From assembly GCA_033286805.1 (NCBI GenBank), contig GCA_033286805.1_4727.1: DNA of 64,000 nucleotides; one strand, 5' to 3'. Origin of the DNA: a phage. Numbering within the stretch: position 1 is the stretch's first letter; every line of letters begins with the position of its first letter. This document shows, one piece after another, positions 20,201 through 28,556 of this stretch. A program made the translations under genes and the position numbers. A model generated the notes under the pieces. The model had not been told where the DNA came from, searched no databases, and saw only the letters and a program-made list of their open reading frames with translations.

Positions 20201-20896
20201 GTTCGTTATCTGGTTAACGGTGGTTTTAACGGATTACGCGATGTTGAACAACGTTCAGCTTATTGGATTCAGGCGGCTAAGAACGGCACCCTGAAGAGAA
20301 TGATGGACGAGTTATCAGGGTCAACATCAGACGATCAAGCTGAAGGACCGACTACTGCCGAACAGGTGAAGAACGAAGCGGCACAAGAGGCAAACGGAAC
20401 ACCTGCTGTAAGCAACGATCCGCAAGCCCCAGTATCTTCTACTATCCCTGAAGCTAAACCGTCTGCGGCTGCCGGGACGGCTCCAGCACCTGGAGAAGCA
20501 TCGCCAACGCCTGGAAGTTTCGAAACAGCGAAAGCTGCGGCAGGACAACCGACATCGACGCCAGCGCTTAGCGATTTGCCGTCAAACCCGGGCGCAAATC
20601 GAGGGATATCGGTTCCGAATACGCCTGCACAGGTTGCGCAGTCTGCGACACAAACGTCGGCTGCAAGTGAGAACTTCTACGGTAGCGCGGGTGAAATTCT
20701 CCGACAGCAGCTGACCACGCAGCAGAACATCGAGAAGAACACCGGTAGAACGAATGAACTTATTTCGGAATTAATCCAAGCCGTTAAGGGTTCTTCTATC
20801 GGTAAGGGTTCTGCAGGTCCTTCTCAACAACAGACGATGTCGCTACCTAATCGTCCGCAAGGAATATCTCCAACACGGACAAGGTACGCACAGTAG
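14231..20896 (+). CDS. Giant protein (about 2220 aa) with GH19 lysozyme/chitinase-like domain; tape-measure/ejection-protein-like
   Basis: GH19-like motifs FLANIEHESG and YLGRGFIQVTGKANY (about nt 19780-20290); long Gly-rich hydrophobic segment (about nt 17880-18170); internal tandem duplication at about 16910-17560; start placed at the ATG at 14231 with GGAGG RBS (ORF opens at 14138). Confidence 0.7.
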   Translation: MVDKTRVEGDDNWDNWDEDFSLDLDFNEPKDDRKPITRFAIGAVKGAAEDLTSYERMKEIARNALPKGYSDGMDLIDSAVGSTKELYNEAVRDVLPKVQSSKRLAAQLTKKYRASMPDFSKKILEQWEREAKEEDERKQAEETLRQRMASAGDDEIARKVAEVLGESANQSADQFAEQQAKESIRDDIADKRYAVTNKQMSAMQEGVAKMVGFNNEFAARYMRKSLELKYRSLAIQRASFDQHKKLAEVYIGLLQNIQKNTALPDAAKAKMSEEFRRSAYQRFFGNALDAMSSFENRFFADVKKNLATNALGALKGVVSGANDALYGLNEARDSMSMMDGMGSEGDIKEMQGKMLGQFIGSTVAPWMANKGRMALRDLAKRHPNAKFASALKAVDQGGEAAAYTTRNLGKLLQEDIRKNEFNLSDPFYKQLLRGAGRWAFNMDSGRNFRVMNDTAETLAEQTSFDGLTYRSINEVIPGFLARILKSSEGIRTGNSDPDYEVYDGISGQFVSQRTREQSVNDTLFNKRTFGYYASRFNEVISVIDPDKQLSDNARKGLAKQLARDSDANIAFDPARFTDESNFDRSIDRDAIKELSNYFRNRYGIDYVPDEKGQRHQVIGNRGQYYTERNRADLRYGNLKSLQPDIQRNLNLLKRTGDVQYLERIGIVTRNSDGSYSVNHDRYFSEIDRYIDRPEYADRGDVNTRLTAQETRALALGYRDAKPSAGDVQNAGLPNIDRKAAGTVTIDENIGYDKWWNDTGVITTSLEEQNRAWQELYLEALSEASEQRVEMLALLKAISEKDWSNNVSLDGEDVPEGTAPISFIDRAKQKLGTRNLFKGGRNLLWKGIKNTARLGVKGARWGAERTLGSLVNSGRRIINFNRFVFGALSKVDQVPFDIYVKGESQPRILAAKLRQGLYFDEATGKAVKRMKDIKGPLVDADGNIVISNEDIEKGLVTRAGRAFDNSGLKAWAREGLNGITTVLSLPRMLKRGAVEIYKQLDKTPDVYVKGESTPRLLSMVLAAGGYFRRSDGQVIKNLEDIDGDVVDAQGNVVLTLADMQKGLVDKYGKAIRRLKEKLINFGVKAFTLPLTLLRKTKDILKALPGKTVNGLRRMGLNFQSPDALLVGTTSSMVDRLDAIYQLLDQRMPGGDKDYRDWNGDGVREGSLEDLKRKREAKENGKDDTGKDSNKGEEKEKKRGLLGSLFDMLGDTALGKRLMASPLGKILGGLGAVLSGGASLTGLLGKGLISGTGALVKGGLSAAGWLGRGALMAGGAALNAVGGLSGLGAFLISPVGLAIAGGALAAYAGWKIYQHFAEKPDPMQKLRLIAYGAKGDDKDFNKKLLATETYLTDHVVMTGDTIGFDPKADSEKILEIWELSLEDSDRMNEWKRWYLHRFIPVFARAYKLWKEHMPDEKKYMEMDKYPNGENKVKWSEAFIWPSDSPDGPYYVEANPLGSSGATRYIAGQDVKTLMLKQLEAIKKEYQNQIKQYTHDEAIADWSRMSDTQRKSVAPNALRGQKASLRFNDKRYNSAGAKGRQKLDATAVIESVDRRGRKWVAGGYIDELTSLRVRAYGIKVPLLSQIKVLMELEDAVEPGVVAEGKGVKYGGDLVALYKKFATKFGRDVNSKRDQDIWFAWMNNRFLPVFLTYYQQVSEMGGQGLLSDVVQNLKDSQRWEIGEALVATQYRDEKGTLQPVWSWNSCGFSGTEANTTSSSTKSQLDLLKEYADKEKVREKNAEASQEDTDKLSKIQELMMKQAGYEKKDGVWQKKSRITGGMSNSEANYNPNGNKVGESSFTASATSSAGLGSTGDLTGLPNMGLQKPATGPGPEAGRRALVKSAVKRGITDPMEMAMFLANIEHESGNYTHVREGNYKTPERLKQVFPYKFRDVQDAAQTISMGPEAVFERVYGNRKDLGNTQKGDGAKYLGRGFIQVTGKANYARLSKTLNKDLVSDPTYLETPEGAAEGSVAWWLNRGNVLRDPAKRGDVRQVRYLVNGGFNGLRDVEQRSAYWIQAAKNGTLKRMMDELSGSTSDDQAEGPTTAEQVKNEAAQEANGTPAVSNDPQAPVSSTIPEAKPSAAAGTAPAPGEASPTPGSFETAKAAAGQPTSTPALSDLPSNPGANRGISVPNTPAQVAQSATQTSAASENFYGSAGEILRQQLTTQQNIEKNTGRTNELISELIQAVKGSSIGKGSAGPSQQQTMSLPNRPQGISPTRTRYAQ

Positions 20897-20906
20897 TCAT
20901 TAGTTA

Positions 20907-20940
20907 AGGGCGGGAGATTCCCGCCCTCTTCTTGAGGAAT
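20907..20940 (+). terminator. Putative intrinsic terminator/attenuator (GGGCGG...CCGCCC stem, then TCTTCTT)
   Basis: GC stem-loop 11 nt after the stop of the giant gene, immediately before the RBS of the next gene. Confidence 0.5.
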
Positions 20941-20945
20941 GTTAC

Positions 20946-23087
20946 ATGGGTATTCTTGTTCAAAACGCCCTAATTACCAAACAAGCGTTTTTATTACCAG
21001 GCGATAGCAGCACGCTTAGTGCCGACATGATTAAAGCGAGACATACACCGTATTCCTACGATAACGTCGATGATACCACCTTAGGCGGGAACTGGGTGCT
21101 TAACCCACCACCGCAATATACCAAATTTGCCGACATCAAAGAACGCCGACGTGCGGTTATGCCGGGATCAACGGGCATGGGCCGAGGCTATAGTGAAAGC
21201 ATTAACAGCTTTAAAGAAGTCGTTACGTTACGATTCGGTAAACCTCGCTTTACAGGCGCAAGTATCTTCTTTACTGATTTCTACGATGCGGATGTTGCCG
21301 TAACGGTTAAAACCGGTCGCGATCCCGGTATTCTTTATTACGCAGCCAAAGCGTATACCACCGTTCTTTCTTACCTCACACCTCTACCTTACCTGTATAT
21401 GGTTGGACGTATCGGTCGATATTTCCTGGGTAAGCCTACCAGTCAATATTACTATCAAGTACCAACCATGCACGTGTATTGGGCGTCTTTCCAGACGCTG
21501 GTAAACCAAACAGCGATAAACATGGGTCTTATCGCCGGTGCCGGTAAAGATAAAGGCTATGTTGAAGAAGGGGGTACCGTACTCCACCAATATTCAATCG
21601 GTGGTCAGAACGTTGAAGAATTCATCAACTACGCCTCTAAGACGCTACCGGGGATTTATAAGAAAGGTGGTGGGATCGATATCTACCAGATTGCAACACG
21701 TCGTCAGCGTATACAGAACGCATGGGTACGTCGTATTCAATCCATGATGGAAAACGATTACTCGTCTTACGAGGAGTTCTGGAACGATCTTGATAAACGA
21801 CTTGATAGCGGAGCGTTTCCATCGGATGTAACCGGCCGTACGTTAACGCAGTATCTCGCCGACACACAGAAGTCTGCTGTTTACAGTGCGACAGCTGGTG
21901 ATAATAAACAAACGATGGACGACCTTTTATTTGGAAGAGCCTCGTACACCAATAAAGATGCTGACGCCAACTTCAATGTCTCAGCGGCTACCTCCGACGG
22001 AGGTACGTCAACACAGAGTCAGGGTACAACAGCCAATGTCGGTAATTCAACGTCAGGGACAACGCAGGCTTCAACAGCAGCATCAACGGCTGGAGGCGCT
22101 AACGTACAGAGCAAAGGAATCGGTCAAACGAACGCAGCCGAAGAAGCTACGTTTCTTGATCTGATGGATGCTGAACTGGCCGATGGTGCTCAGTTTATCA
22201 GTTTTCGAGTCGACTCTGTCACCAGTGTAACCGAAACGTTTTCAAACAGTGCTTCAGAAAGTTCAATCGCGCAGACGATGAACAGTCGTGCGCAAGCGAA
22301 CATCGAACGTCGTTTCACCCTTTCCGGTGGTAATACAGGTTGGGCTGTACTAGACGAAGCAATCAAAGCCGGTTCCGATCTCGTCAACGGTGCTATTTCC
22401 GGAATGGGTCTGGATGGTATTTTTGGTGCCTTCATGGGTTCCGGCTTCGCTGATATTCCGAAATTCTATTCTGGGTCTTCGGTAAGTCTACCGCGTGCGG
22501 ATCTGACGATGGAATTACGTTCCTGGAGTGGGGATCGTTGGTCGATCTTTACGAACCTCATGGTACCTCTTTTAGCTATCCTTGCAGGTGGTTTGCCTCA
22601 GGCTACCGGTAAATCGTCCTACGGGATGCCATTCATGTGTGAGTGTTATATTCCCGGTAAAGTCCAGATTAAAATGGGTCTTATCGATAACATCACCGTG
22701 ACGCGTCATGTTGGAAACGTACCATCAACACGTGAGCGGTTACCGTTAGGCATCGATGTCAGCTTCAGTGTTTATGACCTGTCGTCCATCGTCGCCATGC
22801 CGATCACAACGACAGCCGCATCGATCGCAAAACTGGATCCTCGTGGCTTCTTAAGTGATCTTCTTGCTGATGATACTCCGCTCAACAACTATCTTGCTGT
22901 ATTATCGGCATTGACACTTACGGAACAAGTTTACATGATTCCTGATTTAAGTCGTCGCATGCATAAAACCATGGCTGATATCGATAGTTTCTGGAGCAAA
23001 GGTAATTTTGCTAGCTGGTTGTCTGACACCATGCCTGGCAGGATAGCATCAGGGCTGTTATGGAAACGTACAGAACGACCGTTCTGA
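20946..23087 (+). CDS. hypothetical protein (713 aa) with Ser/Thr/Gly-rich low-complexity segment; possibly structural
   Basis: Long ORF downstream of the giant gene; low-complexity stretch ATSDGGTSTQSQGTTANVGNSTSGTTQASTAAS. Confidence 0.55.
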   Translation: MGILVQNALITKQAFLLPGDSSTLSADMIKARHTPYSYDNVDDTTLGGNWVLNPPPQYTKFADIKERRRAVMPGSTGMGRGYSESINSFKEVVTLRFGKPRFTGASIFFTDFYDADVAVTVKTGRDPGILYYAAKAYTTVLSYLTPLPYLYMVGRIGRYFLGKPTSQYYYQVPTMHVYWASFQTLVNQTAINMGLIAGAGKDKGYVEEGGTVLHQYSIGGQNVEEFINYASKTLPGIYKKGGGIDIYQIATRRQRIQNAWVRRIQSMMENDYSSYEEFWNDLDKRLDSGAFPSDVTGRTLTQYLADTQKSAVYSATAGDNKQTMDDLLFGRASYTNKDADANFNVSAATSDGGTSTQSQGTTANVGNSTSGTTQASTAASTAGGANVQSKGIGQTNAAEEATFLDLMDAELADGAQFISFRVDSVTSVTETFSNSASESSIAQTMNSRAQANIERRFTLSGGNTGWAVLDEAIKAGSDLVNGAISGMGLDGIFGAFMGSGFADIPKFYSGSSVSLPRADLTMELRSWSGDRWSIFTNLMVPLLAILAGGLPQATGKSSYGMPFMCECYIPGKVQIKMGLIDNITVTRHVGNVPSTRERLPLGIDVSFSVYDLSSIVAMPITTTAASIAKLDPRGFLSDLLADDTPLNNYLAVLSALTLTEQVYMIPDLSRRMHKTMADIDSFWSKGNFASWLSDTMPGRIASGLLWKRTERPF

Positions 23088-23104
23088 TATTCACTGCATA
23101 AACC

Positions 23105-23136
23105 CCCTCTCCCAACCCGTAGGGGAAGGGAGAGGG
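23105..23136. terminator. Conserved stem-loop family member (CCCTCTCCC aa CCC gtag GGG aa GGGAGAGGG) between convergent genes
   Basis: Inverted repeat read directly; same architecture as the hairpins at 40118, 51964 and 63924. Confidence 0.55.
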
Positions 23137-23142
23137 AATATG

Positions 23143-24212
23143 TTAACCTAATGTCACTGTCGGTAAATCAGGATAAAGTTTCTTCAAGCCAGCCATTGTG
23201 GTGGTAGTTGTATAATTCTTACCCATCACAGCAAGAGATGCATATTTCCTGCTGCGGGAGAAAAGAGAATAGAACCCACTGGATGTTTCCATCCACATCG
23301 TGAGGAGTTCTGCATCGTTACCGTGATAGTTCGTTTTACCCCATCCGGGTTTAAACGCATCGGCAAAATCAATTAAACGCGAGGCTTCAGCGTCGTATTC
23401 TTTAAGGGTAATATACGATGGGATACGGTAGTTACGAAACAGTAACGTAATGAGTTCAGGGACAACACTGCGGGCACGTTCAGCCGTAATGAGTTCGGTG
23501 ATAACAGCAGCCGTACGGAAATCGCCGTTGAGACCAACGCTACTTAACGATTCCGCTAAGGTGGTCGCCATCGCTACTTTATCCTCCGCTGACCCGGAGT
23601 CATACAGACTACGTACATCGATGTAGTTGCCTGCTAATGCGGCTTGACGAATCAACGACGTGACAACCGTCCGGTTCGTCTTATAGTCGTTGTAACTGAA
23701 TTCGGTTCGCGTTTTCCCTTGATCGTCGAGATACCGATCGACAATCGTTGAAAGTTTATAATACTCATCGCCCGACATCAGACTATCGAGAAGCTTAACG
23801 TTTCCATCTTTATCAATAAGCTTCCCTAACGCGCCATTGGATTGCTGGTTAATGGTACTGTAAATCTGGTCTTTTACTTGCGATAGGATGTTATCGGTTG
23901 ACGATATATTCAGGCCAGTAACATCTTTGATCTTATTCATCAACGCGTTTTCATTCAGGGAGATTTTGCCTCCGCTGATATCGATGAAAGAATTAAGATC
24001 GCTTATGGAAATCAGGTTTCCTGTTAACGCCGATAGTGTACTATTGATACTGTTCGTAATACTGCTGCGAAAACTGGTTAACGCATCCGCCGCTGAAACA
24101 GCGGTACCGCTAACCGCTTTAAGGAGCGTATCGCGCCCTGTCGAAAAATCGCTGGTGATGGTTTTGATCTTGGACGTATCTATACTCGGCAGTTTGTCGT
24201 AAAGACTCATCA
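23143..24212 (-). CDS. hypothetical protein (about 356 aa)
   Basis: Start placed at the ATG at 24212 (MSLYDKL...) preceded by CAGGAGGA RBS; the ORF-track start at 24261 overlaps the upstream hairpin. Confidence 0.5.
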
Positions 24213-24249
24213 CGTCCTCCTGAAAAAGAAAAAAGAAATACGGCATAAA

Positions 24250-24275
24250 GCCTACCCACACAATGGTGGGTAGGC
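24250..24275 (-). terminator. Intrinsic terminator on the minus strand (GCCTACCCAC...GTGGGTAGGC, then T-rich tract)
   Basis: Perfect 10-bp stem; minus strand continues TTTATGCCGTATTTCTTTTTTCTTTTT. Confidence 0.6.
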
Positions 24276-24292
24276 TAAGATCAACATCGATG

Positions 24293-24850
24293 TTAAACTT
24301 CTTCGTTTTCTGAACCTAATGATTCAGCATCTGGATCGTCAACAGGAATTGTTGCATCAAAATACCGTTTCGTATGCGTGGTTGTATATCCTACGCTATC
24401 TGTGATGGAAATCGTAAACGTGACTTCCCTTGCACGGATTAAGCGTAGTTTATTCATGAAGTTACGGAACGGCATCGATCCCCGATTCAACTCCTTAATG
24501 ACGTTTCCCCGAATACTGGAAATGTCTTTATTCGTTTTATCAGGGTGTCGTTTCTTCACATCACGCATATGTCGGGTAATATACGAATTGAGCTGATTTG
24601 CGCCGATCCCTCTCTCCGTATAAATCTGCAACAGGAACTCCGTAAGGAAATCCTGTCTGCCCGTAGGCGTCCAGAAGTTGTTACCGTGGTTATAGTTAGT
24701 CGCTCGTCCTCGATTACTTTGAGGATTTTCATCATCGCTTTCGTCACGACGCTTAAGCGGATTAATGCGTGCGCGAAAAGAGACTTCGTTATATTTATCG
24801 ATCATATTACACCAGTGTATTGACTGAGTGCGAAGGTTAGGAGTTCGCAA
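24293..24850 (-). CDS. hypothetical protein (185 aa)
   Basis: ORF; overlaps the upstream ORF, so the true start is probably internal. Confidence 0.45.
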   Translation of the reverse strand: MRTPNLRTQSIHWCNMIDKYNEVSFRARINPLKRRDESDDENPQSNRGRATNYNHGNNFWTPTGRQDFLTEFLLQIYTERGIGANQLNSYITRHMRDVKKRHPDKTNKDISSIRGNVIKELNRGSMPFRNFMNKLRLIRAREVTFTISITDSVGYTTTHTKRYFDATIPVDDPDAESLGSENEEV

Positions 24851-25317
24851 CAGTCTCTCGCTAGTTTCCTTGTTTTGCGTAATCCATAAGCCGCATCCAA
24901 ATCGTCACGTTCCGCCAGCGCGTCTAACCACGTCGCAAGTATGCGTCCATACTCGATAACGTCACGCATGAGAACGTCGAACTGGATAACACGACCATCG
25001 GCATCAGCAAGCCAACGATTGAATGTGATTTGTGGTGCTAGTATTGCATATGTTCTCTCCTCTAATGCGATTATGTTTATGTTGCCTTCGTTATCGAACG
25101 CTTGATGCCAACGGCGAAGGTCAAGCATCAACGACTCAGCGTCCATATACCACAACGGTAAATACGTTTTACGTGCAACGCGTATATCGTAGATGTTGTG
25201 AACCCAGGACGTTGTTTTGTAAAGCAACAAGAGTTCGTTTAACCGTTGCCTATCATCTTGAAACGTCTTCCTTTTATAACGTTGGAACGCACGCCTCAAG
25301 AAAAAGCGATGTAACAT
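24802..25317 (-). CDS. hypothetical protein (171 aa)
   Basis: ORF with promoter-like motif about 85 nt upstream. Confidence 0.5.
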   Translation of the reverse strand: MLHRFFLRRAFQRYKRKTFQDDRQRLNELLLLYKTTSWVHNIYDIRVARKTYLPLWYMDAESLMLDLRRWHQAFDNEGNINIIALEERTYAILAPQITFNRWLADADGRVIQFDVLMRDVIEYGRILATWLDALAERDDLDAAYGLRKTRKLARDCCELLTFALSQYTGVI

Positions 25318-25401
25318 GGCATCACCTATGTATCATTCTTGCAGGCATCAATGAAGCCATCACAAGAAGGTAACGTTATACGTCGCCTTCATGACTGTCA
25401 T

Positions 25402-25420
25402 CATGAAGGTAATATAGTCC
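25402..25420 (-). promoter_or_regulatory. Promoter-like conserved motif, copy 2 (catgaaggtaatatagtcc) in a divergent intergenic region
   Basis: Shares GGTAATATAGTC with the copies at 1711, 38520 and 51230. Confidence 0.4.
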
Positions 25421-25450
25421 TGTTATTTTTTTCAATACGGAGAATGTAAA

Positions 25451-26080
25451 ATGAGCGAATATGGTGTTGCCCCCGTAGATGATGAACCGCAAGAAGCACC
25501 AGATAAATTCGAGGTCCGTCTTGACGAAACCCGTAATATCCGCCAACGATTTATTCAACGCCTTGAAATGCTGTTAGATAGCGAATTCAAAGAATTTGAG
25601 CTTAATCACGGCGCTGATAACAAAGCCATCGTCGACGTCGAAAACGTCGACCGAATAGGTAAGCTGTTGTTGAAATCGTTGGGTGATAACGACAAAGTCG
25701 ACTTAACGTTGAAACGTATCAGTGCCGACCAGGCCATGAACGACAGCGCGCTGAAAACAGCACAAGCCCTAACCGAAACCATGCTGCGCCGCTTAGGTCA
25801 GATGGATCAACATCCTCTCGCAGCAGGGGCTGTTTATGAAGGCGAAGTCGTGAAGCCAGTCACGCCTGAAGAACGTGATCGTCGACTTGGTTTTGCGTCG
25901 TTGGAAGAGTTCGATAGCAAGGAGTTTTCACCAGGCGTTCTCATCCAGGGACGTGTCGAAGAAACCAGTGATGCTTTCTACGCTAGAATGGCTCAACTGA
26001 CGGCGTCGGTTCGTGAGGAGGTATCTCAGAAGATGGCTGCAGACCATCAGTCTTCGGAGGCGTCACACGAGGAGGAATAA
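25451..26080 (+). CDS. hypothetical acidic protein (209 aa)
   Basis: ORF with AGGA-type RBS; acidic C-terminus. Confidence 0.5.
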   Translation: MSEYGVAPVDDEPQEAPDKFEVRLDETRNIRQRFIQRLEMLLDSEFKEFELNHGADNKAIVDVENVDRIGKLLLKSLGDNDKVDLTLKRISADQAMNDSALKTAQALTETMLRRLGQMDQHPLAAGAVYEGEVVKPVTPEERDRRLGFASLEEFDSKEFSPGVLIQGRVEETSDAFYARMAQLTASVREEVSQKMAADHQSSEASHEEE

Positions 26081-26771
26081 AATAACTGAACCATTTTATT
26101 CCAAAGAACCGCATGAACATCACAGGTGCGTTAGAAAGTTCGATTGCTTCGTAAAGTTTGTCATAAGCCAGATCGGAATCAGGGATGGTTTCACTGATTC
26201 GTCTGGCTACAACCAATACGTTACAAATCGGATTGTCTTCTAACAGCATCTGATTGGGGAGGTGCCAGCGTTTGAAATCGTAAAAGAACATCGCATTATA
26301 CGTCTTACGGATTTCTGACGGATGCAGTGTGGCCGGATGACGGTAAATAATCTCAACGCTATCTTGCGCGCCGAGGTATTGCTGGATGCCTTCTTTTAAC
26401 GCAATTGCAGCATCTCCCACAAATTCAAACGGGTACGTATTCACATGAACCGAAAAATCCGGCGCAGCAATCCCCGTCAAGCGGTCTTTCATGTAGTCCG
26501 CTACCACGTAACATAATCGCCACATCAACTCCGTCGGAATGCATTTATCGAGAATGGTTTCATCGATATTTGCTAACGCACCCTTAAACTCTTCGTAAGT
26601 GTAAGTAACACCCGCCTGCTTCTCCGGCTCCAGGTTATAGGGTCGGTAATGCCATTTCTTCCCCCACTTTCTGATAGCCTCCGGATCCAACGTTGTTGCT
26701 ACCGCCATTTCGATATCAAGCAGCGCCTCGAGTTCTACGTACACCGTCACTAACGCCGCATTTCCAGTCAT
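25983..26771 (-). CDS. hypothetical protein (262 aa)
   Basis: Long ORF. Confidence 0.5.
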   Translation of the reverse strand: MTGNAALVTVYVELEALLDIEMAVATTLDPEAIRKWGKKWHYRPYNLEPEKQAGVTYTYEEFKGALANIDETILDKCIPTELMWRLCYVVADYMKDRLTGIAAPDFSVHVNTYPFEFVGDAAIALKEGIQQYLGAQDSVEIIYRHPATLHPSEIRKTYNAMFFYDFKRWHLPNQMLLEDNPICNVLVVARRISETIPDSDLAYDKLYEAIELSNAPVMFMRFFGIKWFSYFIPPRVTPPKTDGLQPSSEIPPHEPTPSVEPF

Positions 26772-27475
26772 CGTTGCTCTCCAGCTTCACCGGTTAACAT
26801 CTGCATATCGGGAGACGTTTTAATTTTCTTCTCGTACTCTTTTGTTTGCTTGAATACCAACTCACCGATTTCTTCCAATTCTTCAACGGTGACGGTATGC
26901 AAATAAAGCAACGGAATAATCCAGGTATTCGCACGAAGCATATCCCGAATATCATCAACGGTGGGTAATTCCGTAAAGAACTGTTCGTCTACCGCGAATA
27001 AATCCCGGGCGATACCATCCACCAGTTTATGATTGCTTTCATGGATCCATGCAAAACTTCCAGCAAGATGATCGATAAGCATATCGATGTCATCGACCGT
27101 TGAGAACACTGTACGGCGAACATGCGTTGTGAGGTCCATCGTAAAACCCATTAACGAAGGGGTTTCCTCAGAACGGAGTTCACGCCAAAGACGGATCATG
27201 TTTTCAGGGATAAACAAATCATGGATGAACGTCACACTGAATTTCGTAACCCAATCACGAATTGTTGCCCCTTTGGAATATTGCTGCGGTGGGGAATACA
27301 AATACACCCAGCGTTTTGTGTACGCGATAACTTCCTTTCGCATCGCTGCATCTAAAACAAGCACGTAACGATCGGAAGCAAGCTCTTCTAATAAAAGCTC
27401 GAACGCAGTATCACTCTCTGGGGAGAACGATCGTTTTATTTCTGCGATACGTCGTGATAACCGACCACGTAACAT
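26768..27475 (-). CDS. hypothetical protein (235 aa)
   Basis: Long ORF, 4-nt overlap with the downstream gene. Confidence 0.5.
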   Translation of the reverse strand: MLRGRLSRRIAEIKRSFSPESDTAFELLLEELASDRYVLVLDAAMRKEVIAYTKRWVYLYSPPQQYSKGATIRDWVTKFSVTFIHDLFIPENMIRLWRELRSEETPSLMGFTMDLTTHVRRTVFSTVDDIDMLIDHLAGSFAWIHESNHKLVDGIARDLFAVDEQFFTELPTVDDIRDMLRANTWIIPLLYLHTVTVEELEEIGELVFKQTKEYEKKIKTSPDMQMLTGEAGEQR

Positions 27476-27477
27476 AA

Positions 27478-28152
27478 TTAGCCCTCATCAAGGTTATTCT
27501 GGAGATGCATCGCGGTGAGGATAACGCCAACCGCCGAAACCGATTTTGCCTTGCTGTCTTCAGGGAGCTGCTCCAAGCTTACGGTACCTGTTTCTAACAG
27601 CATGCGGTTCATCGCGTTGAACTTCTTATCGTCACCACCACGAGCCTGCATCAGCTCTCGGTTCACGTTCGGCATCGACCGTCCTAACGTCGCTTGCATT
27701 TCCGGCTGACTCCAAGTGGAACCCTTACTTTCACCCGTCGGCTGATTGGTGAGTTGGTCCTTGGTGTTGTTGTTTTTCGGAATCGATATTTTAGCACTCA
27801 ACGTTTCGGCTTGTCGGCGGTTTGGAATCAGGTACAATCTGGTTGGGCGGTCACGAAGCACCAATTGCCCTGTTTTCTGGTCGGTGAGATAAATGCGCTG
27901 GAAGAAGGGGAAACCGTATTTCTTACCAACTTCCAACGCACGTTTTATCGTCACCTCGTTTTTGTTCATGTTGGGTACCCAGATGGGTAGAATCTCTTTC
28001 TTATCCCGACATAAACGCATATAGGCATCAAACGTCTCATCATCGATTTCAGCAAAACGTTTTTTGTAAATAGCGTAAGTCGGGCTCGATTCACCCACCA
28101 GGTCTTTGATATACCCAAGAATGAATTTTTCTGCTGCAGCGCGGTTGGACAT
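27478..28152 (-). CDS. hypothetical protein (224 aa)
   Basis: Long ORF. Confidence 0.5.
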   Translation of the reverse strand: MSNRAAAEKFILGYIKDLVGESSPTYAIYKKRFAEIDDETFDAYMRLCRDKKEILPIWVPNMNKNEVTIKRALEVGKKYGFPFFQRIYLTDQKTGQLVLRDRPTRLYLIPNRRQAETLSAKISIPKNNNTKDQLTNQPTGESKGSTWSQPEMQATLGRSMPNVNRELMQARGGDDKKFNAMNRMLLETGTVSLEQLPEDSKAKSVSAVGVILTAMHLQNNLDEG

Positions 28153-28161
28153 AAACGTCTC

Positions 28162-28503
28162 CTATTGTCGTGTCTGTTGCGGAAATACCCGAAACACCTG
28201 GACAATGATGTTCTTGTCCTCGCGGTTGGCGATGTCGATCATGTGTTTTGTTCCAGGACTTTTGAAATCCCAGAACGCAATTAAATGCGTAATGACATCG
28301 CCCATCCACTCATTGCGTCTGAATCCAGCACCTTTACGATAAGGGCCATCCCAATCGGCAGGAAACGTGGTGTATTTGAACCCGTAATCCTTCGCATAGC
28401 GGCGCACATGCAAATCAGCACCTGAATGCGCACCGCCAGCAATGAGATGAACCTTGTCGTGAGGAAGGTTGTGTAACATCTGGTTCATACGCTTTTCGAA
28501 CAA
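28162..28503 (-). CDS. SLOG-fold protein, DUF2493/YspA-like (possibly N-terminally longer, to about 28611)
   Basis: HLIAGGAHSGADLHVRRYA...FPADWDG...GAGFRRNEWM...HLIAFWDFKSPGTKHMIDIA matches the recalled GGARGAD...FPADW...GPIRN...AFPGG...GT pattern; the frame stays open upstream and encodes a further RVGVSGSRYWDD strand but has no ATG. Confidence 0.55.
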   Translation of the reverse strand: MFEKRMNQMLHNLPHDKVHLIAGGAHSGADLHVRRYAKDYGFKYTTFPADWDGPYRKGAGFRRNEWMGDVITHLIAFWDFKSPGTKHMIDIANREDKNIIVQVFRVFPQQTRQ

Positions 28504-28556
28504 GGGATAATCATCCCAGTAGCGTGATCCTGATACCCCTACACGATAGGGTTCGC

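Noticed and set aside
14434-20548. Numerous 60-125-aa ORFs antisense to or out of frame within the giant gene and other long genes (e.g. 14517..14735, 17245..17622, 18163..18540, 5712..6212, 9237..9428)
   Set aside because: They are embedded in long, motif-supported ORFs on the other strand or frame and have low-complexity translations typical of spurious six-frame ORFs.
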